In this document: piece by piece, positions 45,010 through 56,757 of the stretch
Layout: each line of letters starts with the position of its first letter
Position numbering within the stretch: the first letter of the stretch is position 1
Source of the DNA: Schizochytrium sp. TIO01
Taxonomy: Eukaryota > Protista > Bigyra: Labyrinthulomycetes
Assembly (NCBI GenBank): GCA_004764695.1
Contig: SMSO01000014.1
Span: 6,562,029 to 6,626,028, forward strand
Reading direction: 5' to 3'
Length of the DNA stretch: 64,000 nt
Program-made: the position numbers and the translations under genes
The notes under the pieces: model-generated
The model's input: the letters and a program-made list of their open reading frames with translations, nothing else
Database searches by the model: none
Told to the model about the DNA's origin: nothing

Positions 45010-46674
45010 TTAATGGGACTTTCCACGGCCGCGACGTCCACTGCCACCTCGGCCTCCTCTACTGCCACCTCGGCCTCCTGCGCCAGGGCCAGACCCGCGT
45101 CCGCCGCTGCCTGAAGGTCCTCCGGGGCCAGATCCATGGCGTCTCTTTTTACCACCGCCCTTGGTCTCATCTTCTTCACGCATTTGTAAAACAGCTTGGC
45201 GAGAAGCCTCAGAGACCTGCTCGTTAAGTACCATGACAAGGTCTTTCTGTGCAGGGAACTCGGACAGCTTTTTCTTGAGCATGGCCTCAATTCGCTGGTA
45301 AATCTCAAAATCATACTGGGTAACCATGGTGACGGAGCGACCCGCCTTTCCAGCACGAGCGGTACGACCAACGCGGTGAATGTAGTCCTTACCGTTGGAA
45401 GGGACATCATAGTTAATGACCAGGTCAACAGAAGGAATATCAAGACCACGTGCAGCAACATCCGTGGCGACAAGAACGTTGTTTCCTTGGCTCTTGAATC
45501 TGTTAAGAGCACCAAGGCGTTTAGTCTGGTGCATCTGGCCATGAAGAGCAGTAGCACCAATACCTAGGTTTCGCATCATGAGTGCGAGGCGCGTAGCGTT
45601 GTTACAGGTGGACACAAAAATAATTGCAGACTGCCCAGCTAGTTCATTGAGAATGAAGACAAGGTAGACATCCTTATAGCTAGCAGGCACAAGAAGGTAA
45701 TTTTGTTCGAGCGTCTTGACGGTCTGGTATCTTGACTTGGAGACCTCAACTTTGACGGGGCTATCCAAAGAAGCACGTTGGAGTTTGGCGACCTTGCTGG
45801 TCATGGTAGCACTAAACAAAAATGTTTGCCGCGTGCCACGAGGAGGCATCGCTTGTAAAATAGCGTTGATTTCCTCCTCGAAATCCATCGAGAGCATGCG
45901 ATCAGCCTCGTCCAGCACCAGAACCCGAGCAGAATCGAGAGAAAACCCTTTAGTGTTTTCCAGGTGATCCACAACACGACCGGGAGTTCCAATTACGATA
46001 TGTGGCTTCTTGGCGAGCGTGATAGCCTGCGACACACGGTCCACGCCACCGACAATGCAGCAGGACTTGACGCCAATCGGAGTGCCAAGACCCTGGACGA
46101 CCTCGTGAATTTGAAATGCGAGCTCTCGGGTAGGCGCGAGAACAAGTCCGAAGAGACGTCTCGTAGGCTGGTCAAGTAGACGGCACAACATTGGTACGGA
46201 GAATGCACCGGTCTTACCGGAGCCGGTTTCTGCGAGACCGATCAAATCACGGCCTTCGAGGGCGTGCGGGATGGCTTCGCGCTGGATTGCAGTGGCATAT
46301 TTCCAGCCGAGGCCTGTACATGCCTTGCAAATCTCTTCGTGGACCTTCAGGTCAGCAAAGGTGACCTGAGCCTCGTCTTCTTCGGCGGCATTCGAGTCCT
46401 CATTGTCATCAGATTCGCCACTCTCGTCAACTTGGTTCTCCTCTTCAACACCTTGAGCTACTTCCTCCTCTGCTTCTGCCTCTTCTTCAGAATCCACAAC
46501 TTCCTTCTCCTTTCGCTTGCGTTGCTCCAGTTTATCCTGCGTATAGGTCTTCTCAGAAGTGGTCTTGCGCTTCTTCTGAGTGGTGTTCACCTTGCCCGAA
46601 GGGGTCTTCTTGACCTTGACAGGTGCCACATCTCGGGCTTCCGCATCGCTTGATACGCGCTGCCGCTTAGCCAT
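45010..46674 (-). CDS. DDX47: DEAD-box RNA helicase DDX47/Rrp3
   Basis: [48 protein letters not shown]; RGG tail; first ATG at 46674. Confidence 0.93.
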   Translation of the reverse strand: MAKRQRVSSDAEARDVAPVKVKKTPSGKVNTTQKKRKTTSEKTYTQDKLEQRKRKEKEVVDSEEEAEAEEEVAQGVEEENQVDESGESDDNEDSNAAEEDEAQVTFADLKVHEEICKACTGLGWKYATAIQREAIPHALEGRDLIGLAETGSGKTGAFSVPMLCRLLDQPTRRLFGLVLAPTRELAFQIHEVVQGLGTPIGVKSCCIVGGVDRVSQAITLAKKPHIVIGTPGRVVDHLENTKGFSLDSARVLVLDEADRMLSMDFEEEINAILQAMPPRGTRQTFLFSATMTSKVAKLQRASLDSPVKVEVSKSRYQTVKTLEQNYLLVPASYKDVYLVFILNELAGQSAIIFVSTCNNATRLALMMRNLGIGATALHGQMHQTKRLGALNRFKSQGNNVLVATDVAARGLDIPSVDLVINYDVPSNGKDYIHRVGRTARAGKAGRSVTMVTQYDFEIYQRIEAMLKKKLSEFPAQKDLVMVLNEQVSEASRQAVLQMREEDETKGGGKKRRHGSGPGGPSGSGGRGSGPGAGGRGGSRGGRGGSGRRGRGKSH

Positions 46675-47320
46675 CGTCTCCACAAGCCGTGACCCAAGAA
46701 CTAAGCAGGGGCTTCCGTGGGACCTTCGCAAAAGCCCGCCCTCCAAGAGTTCTTCCTTGTCGCTCGCGAGAGGTTCGAGCTTCGATTGGAGTTCTGCGAC
46801 ATCGAGCGTCTCGACCAGTCAGTACTTGGTCCACCAGGTCTATTATTATATTTGTATATATAGTATAAAAACATAGAACGAAATATAATTGGAACGGCTT
46901 AATACAGCGTATATGTGATGGTTGCAATTTCTTTATTTAGTTTTATTTGAGAGAGAAAGACGAAATGAGGCGAAGTAAGTGGCAGATGTTAGTGTGTTGA
47001 ATTTGAGTTATTGTGGGCCCTGCAAAGGGCTTAAATTTCATTAGGTTGGCTGAAAGCAAGAATCTCTCTTCGATAGCTATGTTATTAGAATAACTAAGAG
47101 GAGAGTTTTGAAAGAGTGAGGGAATTTTCTGATTTGTAGCAATCTATATCGCAACTAAACTCAGGTCTCCCACAATGAGAATAGTATATACAATCTTGCA
47201 TATTGATCCATTTTAGCGATGGTAAAAAAATACTTGCATTATCAATTTTGTTGGTTGCGCGTCTGGGGTCGTTGATGCAATCTCTGCAACACTAATACAT
47301 ACAAAGTGATTCATTTGGGT

Positions 47321-48016
47321 TTATTCAACAGGTTCAACAGGGGCAGCTTCAAGCTCACCTTGGCGATTTATGCGAGATTGACCATTCAGCATTTTCACAT
47401 ATGTTATTTCTAATTCCGGAAGGATGCCAGATCGAACCCGTTGCATTTCGTCACGAACTGTCTGTCCACCGCCAAAGCATAAAACACGAAGGGTTCTAGC
47501 TTTTGCACTACCTTGCACCCACTGGAGCGCAGCAAGGGCTAAGTCCAAATAAGTTTGATCTGGAAGCTGGGGAATAGGCACAAGCGTGCACCTTGCAAGA
47601 TTTTCGATAGGTGGCAGAGCCTCTGAAAAATTAATTGAGCCAATTGATTCAAAGTTGAATCCAGTCATTCGATCATGCTCGTATTGCGAGCATGGTGCTT
47701 CTGTAGAAAAGTAGTGGCTAACAAAACGAACACTCGGCGGAAGGATGGATGCGAGGTGACCTAAGATCTCTGTGAAACTATTCGGGGCATATTGATCTCC
47801 ATCCCAAATTACCAGCAGGTTGCGTAGTGAGCTCAAATCCCCGTCGTCTGTCAATGCCTGAAATGCTTGTACAGCGTCTTTTTTAGCCTTGCTCACATCC
47901 TGAATTCCGTAAGTCCAACCTACAAGACGTACGACACTGAAGACAGGTTGCTCACTTTTGTTAACATCTTGATCTTCACCAATACCCTTATGTGACATTT
48001 TCACAGCTCCTCGCAT
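47321..48016 (-). CDS. Hypothetical alpha/beta protein (~231 aa)
   Basis: Long ORF whose first in-frame ATG is at 48016; motifs VIWDGD and LCFGGGQTVRDE; start uncertain. Confidence 0.65.
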   Translation of the reverse strand: MRGAVKMSHKGIGEDQDVNKSEQPVFSVVRLVGWTYGIQDVSKAKKDAVQAFQALTDDGDLSSLRNLLVIWDGDQYAPNSFTEILGHLASILPPSVRFVSHYFSTEAPCSQYEHDRMTGFNFESIGSINFSEALPPIENLARCTLVPIPQLPDQTYLDLALAALQWVQGSAKARTLRVLCFGGGQTVRDEMQRVRSGILPELEITYVKMLNGQSRINRQGELEAAPVEPVE

Positions 48017-48881
48017 AGGCTCCCACGCGCAAGTTTTGTGGCTGTCGCAGTTGCCTGTTACGAGTGCATGTGTTATCCTGCCCCCTTTCGAAGGTAACGA
48101 GCCGATCTCCAAGTTAGACTTCTCCAACTCCAAGACCAAGACCACGTCTATGCTTATCCCAACCTTCGATCTGCCTAGCGCTAACGGCAAGGACCCCGTT
48201 CTACACCCGCTCCAAGTCCAACTTGAGGTTGAGGTCCTTCCCCCCCCGGAACGGCATCCTAATGATTATTCTGTATCGATCGAGTTCTTCGCATTACATT
48301 CCCAATCACATTCGCAGCTTCGTCCTCTGCTTTGCACCACTCCTACGCGGCGCGTCCTACCGTAAACCATAGCACTCCCTCCCTATTTCCCGCTTTCTTC
48401 TCATAGCGGGCCCAATGAACTCTGGACGCAGTGCTAGGCTGCACTTAGGCTAAACCCCTAGCCCTCGCGGCTTTGCAGGCTTTGCAGAAGCCGTCGAGAA
48501 TGGAGAAACCCGTCGCAAAAGCCCTGCTGCCTCGTGGCGGTAGCTGAGCTCTGCCTCTCTCAACAAGCCCAAGCCCTCTCGCTGCTGCTGCTCTGCCAAT
48601 GCGTGGCAGCTTTTCTTCGCAGCATGCGAAAGCAAGCAGCAAGCGGGCCCGGAAAAGGGGAAAAGGCGCTGCAAGAAGTTTAAGGAGGTAAGGCACCCTG
48701 CGAGGAAAGAGAACGGGAGAACGAATTGGAACGCCCTCCTCGCGGGGCGCAGGTAGCCTCGGGAATAGCCTAAACGGTAACAGCCCGCGGGGCTCGCTTG
48801 GAACGGAACGGCGCAAGAAAGAACGGGCGAAACGGACTTCCGAAATTTAGGCTTTTACAATGAAGGAATAAATACATTCGT

Positions 48882-48922
48882 TAAATAAATAAATAAATAA
48901 AGTAAATAAAGAATGAATGAAT
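48882..48922 (+). repeat. (AAAT)n/(GAAT)n microsatellite
   Basis: Direct reading. Confidence 0.8.
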
Positions 48923-49602
48923 TTCATGAATGAGAGGTTGAAAAAGAGCAATTTGTAAAATCGAAATTGAGCGAAATTGAGGATATTGAGGAAATTGGCA
49001 GTGGCTGGAGGCCAAATGGTGCAGATGGATTTTGATGGCACGGACCTCGGGGTGGAGCTTGAGGGGACTGCAATTTTTCCACATGCATGCAAGCTCCCTT
49101 GTGCAGCAAGAATCGCCAAAGCGAGAATTAGAATTCGAGGCGGCAAAAAGAAAAGAAAGATTTTTAATTTATTGTTTCTGTTCCCAGCTAGTAAGTGCTT
49201 AGCTAGTAGCTACAATGCAAGCATGCAATTCATGCAAAGAGAGAGAAACGAAAGAAAGACATCGGAAAAATAGAGCACATGGGACTCCTTTTAATTGTTG
49301 CATTATGGTGGTCTCTTCTTCGTCTGCTGAGGTTTAATACAGAATCCTTGCTTCCGAGTTTCTTCGCATCCGTGAATTTCCACTCCGATTCATGCTTCAG
49401 AGCAGTGGCACCGCCACTCATCGCCACCCAAGTGAACTATCCGAGTTTCCACAAGTGGAGTTTTCCCCAAACCTCCATTGTAATATCAACTCCCACAAAT
49501 AGGTAATACACTTCGCAAGTGAAACAAAACCTCAATTATCAACAACCTGAAAACGTGCGAACACAGACATCAAGAAACAAACAACTTAAAACAAATATTT
49601 AG

Positions 49603-49677
49603 ATAAATAAATAAATAAATAAATAAATCGTAGTACAAAGAAAAGAAAAGAAAAGAAAAAGAAAAAGGAAAAGAAAA
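49603..49677 (+). repeat. (AAAT)n followed by (AAAAG)n tracts
   Basis: Direct reading. Confidence 0.8.
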
Positions 49678-50799
49678 ATCAACAAACCCTGCAAATGCAG
49701 CCCAAGCTATCCAAATCAATCCAAACCAATCCGAATCAATCCTAAAACACCCCCAAAGCAATCCTACCCATCATTTATACCCCTGCACCCTTCTTCCCTA
49801 CCACTACAGCCAGCAAAGTAGAGCACACGAAGCAGAGCAAGACAGAAAGGAAGGGCCGTGTAACGAAGGGGACTCCTAGTTACATGCGCGGTGTGCAGAG
49901 TCCTCTGTACCAATCTGTGGACGGTCCCGTTTCGCTGCCGAGGGCGCGCTGCCGGAGGGGCCTTAAGGTGCCTGTGCGGGAAAGGGAGATTAAGGTGCGT
50001 TTAAGGTGGGCATGCACAGCAGCGCAGCGCCAGTCGCCAATACCATTGCTCTCGCGGCATTCTGGCAGGACTCGGACGCGCGATAGAGGCGTGAACACAA
50101 CACAGGGTAAGTGCGGGTCGGAGGGCGACCCTTCATGGCGGGCGCGTCTCGTGGGCTTATTTGTATGCGACCTCGGGAGGCGCGGCGGCGGCCGGGATGA
50201 GGATGATGAAGCTGCTGCTGCTGCATCTCTGTTTGTTTGATATATGAAATAGGTGGACCCAACGCAGCGGTGGCGGAGAGGCTGGAGGAGGGCGGGCAGC
50301 CGGGGCTGGGAAAGACATGTGTGAGAGGAACGAAGAGAAACTGACAAGGTAACCTACGATGCTTGAAACTCGGTTTTGAATATCTATCTCTTGGTGCTTC
50401 TCCTGGGTTTTCTTGGGTTTTCTTTACTTTTTGACTGTGTCCTTATCTCTTCGGTTTTGCAATATATGTCTGGCAATATGGCTTGTGCTGCATATGCCAT
50501 TGGGATTGATGCTGGGGCCTCTTTTGTGGACTCTTTTTTGTGCTTCGCAATCTGGTGTCGTTCGCTGTGGATGTTGGTGTTGATGTTGCTGATCACTTCG
50601 CATCAACTGCGCGTGGCTTTTCCCATCTTCGTGCCTCTTTGTTGAACTTCTTGGCATACTTACATGGCTCTTGTAACTCATGACTCACCTAATTTGAATA
50701 TGGATATGGATACGAATCAATCCATGTTGTGGTTCGGTTCGGTGTGATTATCAAACTGGTGATGACACGCTTCATGGTGATAACTGCGATCACAGAAAG

Positions 50800-51348
50800 A
50801 TGCTCGGAGGCTTGCGAATTGGAGCAGCTGCTGTGCGCCGCCAGCGCCAGCAGGCTGTCCGTCAGACTCTTCAGGTTGCCCGGCCCGCTTGGGTTCGGTG
50901 CTTCTCGGAGGAGGCCGCCCCGGCCAAGACCCTTAGCCCGGCTGTGTCCAAGATCGTTGATGATATTGTCGCCCTCAACCTCCTTGAGGTTTCCGAGCTC
51001 GTCGAGGAGCTCAACACCCGCCTCAACCTCCCGGATATGCCCGCTGGTGGTATGATGATGCCCATGGGTATGCCCATGGCTGCCCCAGCAGCAGCTGCCG
51101 CAGAAGAGGAGGAGGCCCCCGTTGAGGCCCTCAAGCCCATCGTTAACATTCAGCTCGACTCCTTCGACGCCGCCGGCAAGATCAAGATCATCAAGGAGGT
51201 CAAGAACCTTGCCAACCTCGGCCTCAAGGAGGCCAAGGCCGCTGTTGAGGGCGCCCCCGGCGTCATCATGAGCGACATCAAGCGTGAGGAGGCAGAGGAG
51301 ATCATCAAGACCCTCGAGGGCTTGGGCGCCAAGGCCTCCATGGTCTAA
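50800..51348 (+). CDS. MRPL12: Mitochondrial ribosomal protein bL12m (L7/L12) with presequence
   Basis: Arg-rich transit-like N-terminus; IVDDIVALNLLEVSELV; KIKIIKEVK..LGLKEAKAAVEGAP; strong C/G third-position bias. Possible 5'UTR intron 50349-50795. Confidence 0.93.
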   Translation: MLGGLRIGAAAVRRQRQQAVRQTLQVARPAWVRCFSEEAAPAKTLSPAVSKIVDDIVALNLLEVSELVEELNTRLNLPDMPAGGMMMPMGMPMAAPAAAAAEEEEAPVEALKPIVNIQLDSFDAAGKIKIIKEVKNLANLGLKEAKAAVEGAPGVIMSDIKREEAEEIIKTLEGLGAKASMV

Positions 51349-51415
51349 ACAGCCTCTATTCGCTTCCCTTTTATCATTGCTTTGCAAAAATATCAAAATG
51401 AAACAGATGGACTCA

Positions 51416-53899
51416 TCATTTGCTCTGATTATATAGTCTAGTTAGTGAACTTTCTACAGCGCACTGCAGACTTTTCATTACTTCTTCTACCCAGCTCTTA
51501 GGGAGCTGTGCCCCGCTTGACGGTGGGGAAGATGGTTCCGTTGAACCATCCTTCTCAATCGTGTAGATTCGCAAAAACTTGGGCAACACCTCCTCCTCGA
51601 GGCATCGCTTCACGGCGCTACGGCTAACCTTGCCCCGACATTGTACATGTTTCTCCTTGCTCTTCCCCGAGCCTTCTGTTTGTTTCCCTTTTTCATTAAT
51701 TTCACCTTTTCCCTTCATTGTCTTCGTTGAATATTCTTCTGGCGTGAACGGTCCGTCTGTTGGAATCGTAGCAATCAACGTGCCTCTGGTGTTTTGTGTT
51801 AGTGAAGTCGAGGAGGCAGTTGTCGCACCATTGCGGGATCGCATCGATGATGCTGTGCCAGGTCTGCTCCGGTTGTTATTGTTTTTCACTCCCTCTAAGT
51901 CACTGCTGTTTGGATTTGTCCCAGCAACAATTGAGGTAGATTTACCTTTTACCACCGTAACGTCTATTGTAGGGCTTATTACATGTATTGACACGCGTGG
52001 TGCCGGAGGCTTACGGTCCTTTGCCCGCGCGAGTTTCTGCTCCAGTAGGCTGAGGCGAGTTTTAAGTAGAGTTGAGAGAGAGCTCGAGCTTTCTCTGCTC
52101 GAATTATCGCATAACATTCTACGCAGTCTAGCATGCTCCGCAGTGAGTTCAGCATATGCATGACGAGTTTCTGCAAGTGTTTTCTTCATCTCCGCAACTT
52201 CGTGTTTCGCTTCCGCAATTTTGCAATGTGACTTTTGATTATTTGCTTCGTCAAGTTTCAGTGAGCGAGCAAGCTCTTCCTTTTCTTCAATCACTCGTGC
52301 CAAAGCAGCCTTGTTTTCTAAAAGTTCTGAAAAGATTCGGTCAAGTGAACTTGCTCGACCCTTCCAGTGGTCCATCTCTTTATCAAGCTTTTTTTCACGT
52401 GCTTGACCTTCTTCACATTCTCTTCCAAGGGCCTCCGCTTGTAACTCCGCAGCTCTCGCCTCTTGTAAAGCACGCTCCAAGCGTCCATGCAAGTCGTAAA
52501 CCTCCTGCTCAAAGTGTCTAAGAATTTCCTCATCCTTGTTTGATTTGGCTTCCAATTCCTGCACCCGCTGTGTAAGTTTGGAGGTTTTCTTCACTTGATC
52601 CTCTTCAGATTCCTCAAAACTTGCTAGCTTCGTTGCAAGCTCCTTAAGCCGATTTCCAGCAGATGTTAACCGACTTTGGAGTTCGATAGCCTCTTGTTCT
52701 TGCTTTTGGATTGTCTCATGAGATATATGGAGCTCATTTTTTGTGGCGTTTAGGTTTTCTTCACTCCTGCGTAACATTACTCGAAGATATTCTGCATGCG
52801 TATCCATCTGCTCTGCCGTATGCACATTTGCTATGGTTTCCTTCTTTTTAGTTGCTTGACGACTAGCAGCTTTCTTTAGCACCGATACAACACTGTTTGT
52901 AGAAGTCGTTCCAGTTTGACCATTGAATTTGTCGTGCTGGGTTTGTTCAGGTGCTGTCTTTGGCCGCGATGCCAGAAGCTTAGATTCCTCTTGCGTTACT
53001 TTCTTTTTGGCATTGGATGAATTACTAGTTTGTGTGGGCTTTGCTCGGGAGGTTCTAGGAACAAAGAAGCGTTTCTTCTCTTGCACAAGTTCTCCCTGGA
53101 GGCGCTTTTGGGATTCTAAGCTTGTCTTCAGCTGTTCTCGAAGTTTGATCATTGTATCCGTATCTCGGGCTGACTTTTGCTGTAAGAGAGCGAGCATATT
53201 GGCCTGACGTTCCACCTTTTCCTTATAGGCGTCCTCGATGTTTTTACTTTTGGAAAGTTCTGCACGTGCAACTTCTAGCTCGTCTTTTAAAACGTTTGTA
53301 ATGCCCATAGCAACTTGAAGGTCTCGCTCATGCTGAACAAGTCGCACAGGCGCATGATTAACGTCCTCGTCAGATAAGACGCCTGCTGTTCTAGAGCTCA
53401 GTGTTCCAGAAGAGGACCCTGGAGTGGTTGGTACTGCACCTGATCCTATTGACGCTGCAGATTGTGTTCGTGCTAGGGATTGCCGCTGCGGCTGCACGAT
53501 GGTTCTAAACTGCCCACCGCTCACCAAGCGCTTTTTCCCATGTAAATTGTCAATAAAGGCACGCTTCAATTCGGTTATTTCAGCTCGCAGAGCCATATTT
53601 TGAGCTAACAATGTATCTCGGCCTGACCCAAGTCGGTTCGAGCTCTCATCATCAATTTGGTCATCCTCACTGTTGTTATTATTGTTACTACGTAGTTGTT
53701 TCTCCTTCTTCAAGCCATCCTCGCAACCCGGATTACTATTAAGATCGGTGTATGCCGATTGTCTATCCTCTGACATCGATTTTTCATCATTGACATGGAG
53801 TTTACGCATCATAATTTGTTGCATGAGCGGAACTCCAAAGCTCTCCTGAGAAGGCAACGGGGGCAGAGCCTTGGTGTGGCTGCCAAGATTGCCAACCAT
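51416..53899 (-). CDS. Large coiled-coil protein of unknown function (827 aa)
   Basis: Long ATG ORF with extended heptad-rich E/K/Q segments. Confidence 0.8.
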   Translation of the reverse strand: MVGNLGSHTKALPPLPSQESFGVPLMQQIMMRKLHVNDEKSMSEDRQSAYTDLNSNPGCEDGLKKEKQLRSNNNNNSEDDQIDDESSNRLGSGRDTLLAQNMALRAEITELKRAFIDNLHGKKRLVSGGQFRTIVQPQRQSLARTQSAASIGSGAVPTTPGSSSGTLSSRTAGVLSDEDVNHAPVRLVQHERDLQVAMGITNVLKDELEVARAELSKSKNIEDAYKEKVERQANMLALLQQKSARDTDTMIKLREQLKTSLESQKRLQGELVQEKKRFFVPRTSRAKPTQTSNSSNAKKKVTQEESKLLASRPKTAPEQTQHDKFNGQTGTTSTNSVVSVLKKAASRQATKKKETIANVHTAEQMDTHAEYLRVMLRRSEENLNATKNELHISHETIQKQEQEAIELQSRLTSAGNRLKELATKLASFEESEEDQVKKTSKLTQRVQELEAKSNKDEEILRHFEQEVYDLHGRLERALQEARAAELQAEALGRECEEGQAREKKLDKEMDHWKGRASSLDRIFSELLENKAALARVIEEKEELARSLKLDEANNQKSHCKIAEAKHEVAEMKKTLAETRHAYAELTAEHARLRRMLCDNSSRESSSSLSTLLKTRLSLLEQKLARAKDRKPPAPRVSIHVISPTIDVTVVKGKSTSIVAGTNPNSSDLEGVKNNNNRSRPGTASSMRSRNGATTASSTSLTQNTRGTLIATIPTDGPFTPEEYSTKTMKGKGEINEKGKQTEGSGKSKEKHVQCRGKVSRSAVKRCLEEEVLPKFLRIYTIEKDGSTEPSSPPSSGAQLPKSWVEEVMKSLQCAVESSLTRLYNQSK

Positions 53900-54519
53900 C
53901 CTGGCGAATCAAGGAGAAATGTAAAATAGGTACCTTGCACGCCACGCTGCTCGAGGACGAATACGACTCTCCGTGAGATTCTATCTCTCCAGCCGGAATT
54001 CGATGTGTGCCCTTTCCTCTTCTCTTGAAATAGACATGTAAATCCGAAGTGCTTATGGCGATAAATACAATCAATGTAGATGACTTCCTTCGCCTACTTG
54101 CGTTTTGTTTCTGATCGAGAATCTAGCTACGACTGGTACTGCAAGCAGAGCAGGTCTTACTTGCGATATGACTCTCCTCACACACCATACGACTTCTCAC
54201 GTACTAGGTACATACCTACCTACCTTCTAGTTCATGCCCGAACCGGATCTTCCTCCAAGTAAACAGTCTTTTAAATAATGATGTTTTATAACACCTAACC
54301 AAAAGTAATCGTGATCACAGATTTCTACGTTACATCTTTCGATTTCGCAAAATTTTACCTTCTATATTTCTGCATAGACTCAGCTTATAAAGAAAAACAA
54401 CGAAACATAAGAATCAATACAGTTTTTTAAACTATGCCAAGGTGGGCAGGTACTCAGGAAAATGCAAATTACGACGATGCCTCTAGCTAGCACATTTCCT
54501 GTGCTGGATCTATGTGCGG

Positions 54520-56229
54520 CTATAAAATGTTTAACTGTGCTGGAGCTGAGCCACTGCTCTCGACGATTTCCTCGTTTCTGGTGCTATTTATTTCTGGTTC
54601 ATACTGGTTTATGAGCCGTTGGCGAAGTCCTGCTTTATCTAAGGCTGGTGTGCGCAACCCAAAATTAGAAGTATTGGTCAGATTTGACTTTTCACCTCCG
54701 TTTGTAACTGACTGGAGCAAAAATGTGCAAAACGAGTCTACATTGGATGCTGAAGAAGAGCTCATTGAAACTGGTTGGGTTACAGAGACAGGATATAAAC
54801 TACCCGTACTACCGGTAGTATTACTGAACTTGCTGTGAAGGAGGCACTGTTGACGATAGACTACAACTGCCCGCAAATTTGGATGCTCATAATGCTCACA
54901 GGCCAAGTGTGCGATGCCACGACAAAACGAGGGAGGGTGAGATGTGCAGAATACATTCTCTCGCCAGCGCTTAGTTGAATGGCAATACCACGGCAAGTCT
55001 GTAAAAGCCTTTCCATACTGGCCTCCTGAGATTTCGTACCAATTTGCCGCGAGTCGAAGAATTTCAAAGCCGCTCGTCTGATTTCGAGCTTGCTTTCGCC
55101 AGACGTCGTCAGATATGCCTAGGTGGAAAGTCCATGGGTCTAGGGGCAAACCTGAGATTCGACGCCACACTTGTGGAATGTCTCCGTATTTGAATTGAGA
55201 AGGTACCCATAAACCCCAAGGCCGCATTCCCATCGGGTGCGTCATTCGTGCAATCGGTTCAGGAAGGAACTCTCGCTGGAAAAAAAAGCAGTCATTACCC
55301 GGATGTCTGAGTCCTGAGCGATTTATGGCACGGGTTAAAGCCAAGGTAGAAGACTCATTAGAAGAGGTCTTAGCAAGGACTCGAACTTGCTTCGTAAGAG
55401 CATCTGGAATATTAATCCGTGTGATTGTACCCGCTACAGGTACCCATCTTTGAATTTCGATACGATACTGATGATAGTCAAGAATGATATCTTCCATGGA
55501 TTGTTGAAGTGTAGGATCTATTTTAGTCCTACATTTAAAAGGTAAAGTAGCTGTAAACTCCAAATAACGCTTTAACAGCGGCTCTGTCTCTTTCGCTCGA
55601 CTTCCTGTACCAGCATTTTCCCACCACTCCACAGCATTGGCAAAACACAGAACCTCTGCATAAGAACAGTTGAGTGTTCGTGTCATAGCTCTCATGCACT
55701 CTTGATAAAACAAACTTGCCCCTTGTAAATCTCGAGAAGTGGCTGTCTGTGTGGGATGCCGGTGTTCATGTACCAAGTTGTAGAGCTTCGTGTAGAAATC
55801 AGGCGTCAATGCAATATCTGCGTTTGTATATAAAATCCATTCTGAGTTCGCAAGCTCTTGTGCTTTACCCCAGATCTCTCCAACAGAAGGCACACGGTGT
55901 CCAGAAACGCTTTGCGTTGGTCTCTCAAGGTCTACAACGCGGTGCTTTCGTTGAATACGATCAGCTTCTTTGTCTTCTGGTAGTACAAAATTTATCATGT
56001 CCACTTGAGCATTTGGTATTGACAGTTCTGCGTTGTTGGCCGCTTGTTCCCAGCTTCGCTGCACTGTACGAGCCTCAAAACGGCCTTCTTCAGACCTTGG
56101 TTCGTACGTCGAGAAAACGTGAGTTATAGTGAAGGACTCCACATGGACACACCGCGTCACAAAGACCCCAAAAAACAAGCTCCATGTGAGAAGCAAGAAT
56201 TGACAACGCAGATGGTTGGTCATAGTCAT
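54520..56229 (-). CDS. Secretory/type II membrane protein with glycosyltransferase-A-like motif
   Basis: N-terminal hydrophobic segment; WILYTNADIALTPDFY (DxD-like) and HPGNDCFFF; first ATG at 56229. Confidence 0.65.
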   Translation of the reverse strand: MTMTNHLRCQFLLLTWSLFFGVFVTRCVHVESFTITHVFSTYEPRSEEGRFEARTVQRSWEQAANNAELSIPNAQVDMINFVLPEDKEADRIQRKHRVVDLERPTQSVSGHRVPSVGEIWGKAQELANSEWILYTNADIALTPDFYTKLYNLVHEHRHPTQTATSRDLQGASLFYQECMRAMTRTLNCSYAEVLCFANAVEWWENAGTGSRAKETEPLLKRYLEFTATLPFKCRTKIDPTLQQSMEDIILDYHQYRIEIQRWVPVAGTITRINIPDALTKQVRVLAKTSSNESSTLALTRAINRSGLRHPGNDCFFFQREFLPEPIARMTHPMGMRPWGLWVPSQFKYGDIPQVWRRISGLPLDPWTFHLGISDDVWRKQARNQTSGFEILRLAANWYEISGGQYGKAFTDLPWYCHSTKRWRENVFCTSHPPSFCRGIAHLACEHYEHPNLRAVVVYRQQCLLHSKFSNTTGSTGSLYPVSVTQPVSMSSSSASNVDSFCTFLLQSVTNGGEKSNLTNTSNFGLRTPALDKAGLRQRLINQYEPEINSTRNEEIVESSGSAPAQLNIL

Positions 56230-56757
56230 GACCAGCGCGCTCGCGCAAGGTTTGATATCCTTCTCGGGAAGCACATTCAACTTGTATTGCTCGATTGTTT
56301 GATTGCTTGATCGCGAACTAGCTTTGAGTCATCAACAATCTCATATCTACCTTACATGTTCGATCTAGCGCGTCCACATTTCGTAATCGCACGAAATTAA
56401 AAAAAAAAAAAGAGATGAAGATAAAGTTTCCAAAAGAGATTAAACAGAAAGAGTAGAATACATTATTCCTCACGGCGTTGAGAATCTTGCTACACTATCT
56501 CATTTCGTTCCCCTGGGGGTATCGAGGGAGGATTCAAACAAATCCACTTGATGCTCAGTTCAAATGCTGGGGAGTTACCTATATTCTATTTTAGCATATC
56601 AAAACAATTCAGGGTGCTTATGAAGTCAACGGTGGTAGTGAAAGCTCAGGTTTTAATAGATCGTCCATAGCATGCCATTGTGAGTACGTACGGAAAAACA
56701 TATCAAATCATATTATGTGGGAAAGACAGTTCCAAATTAAACCTTTACTACTACATT

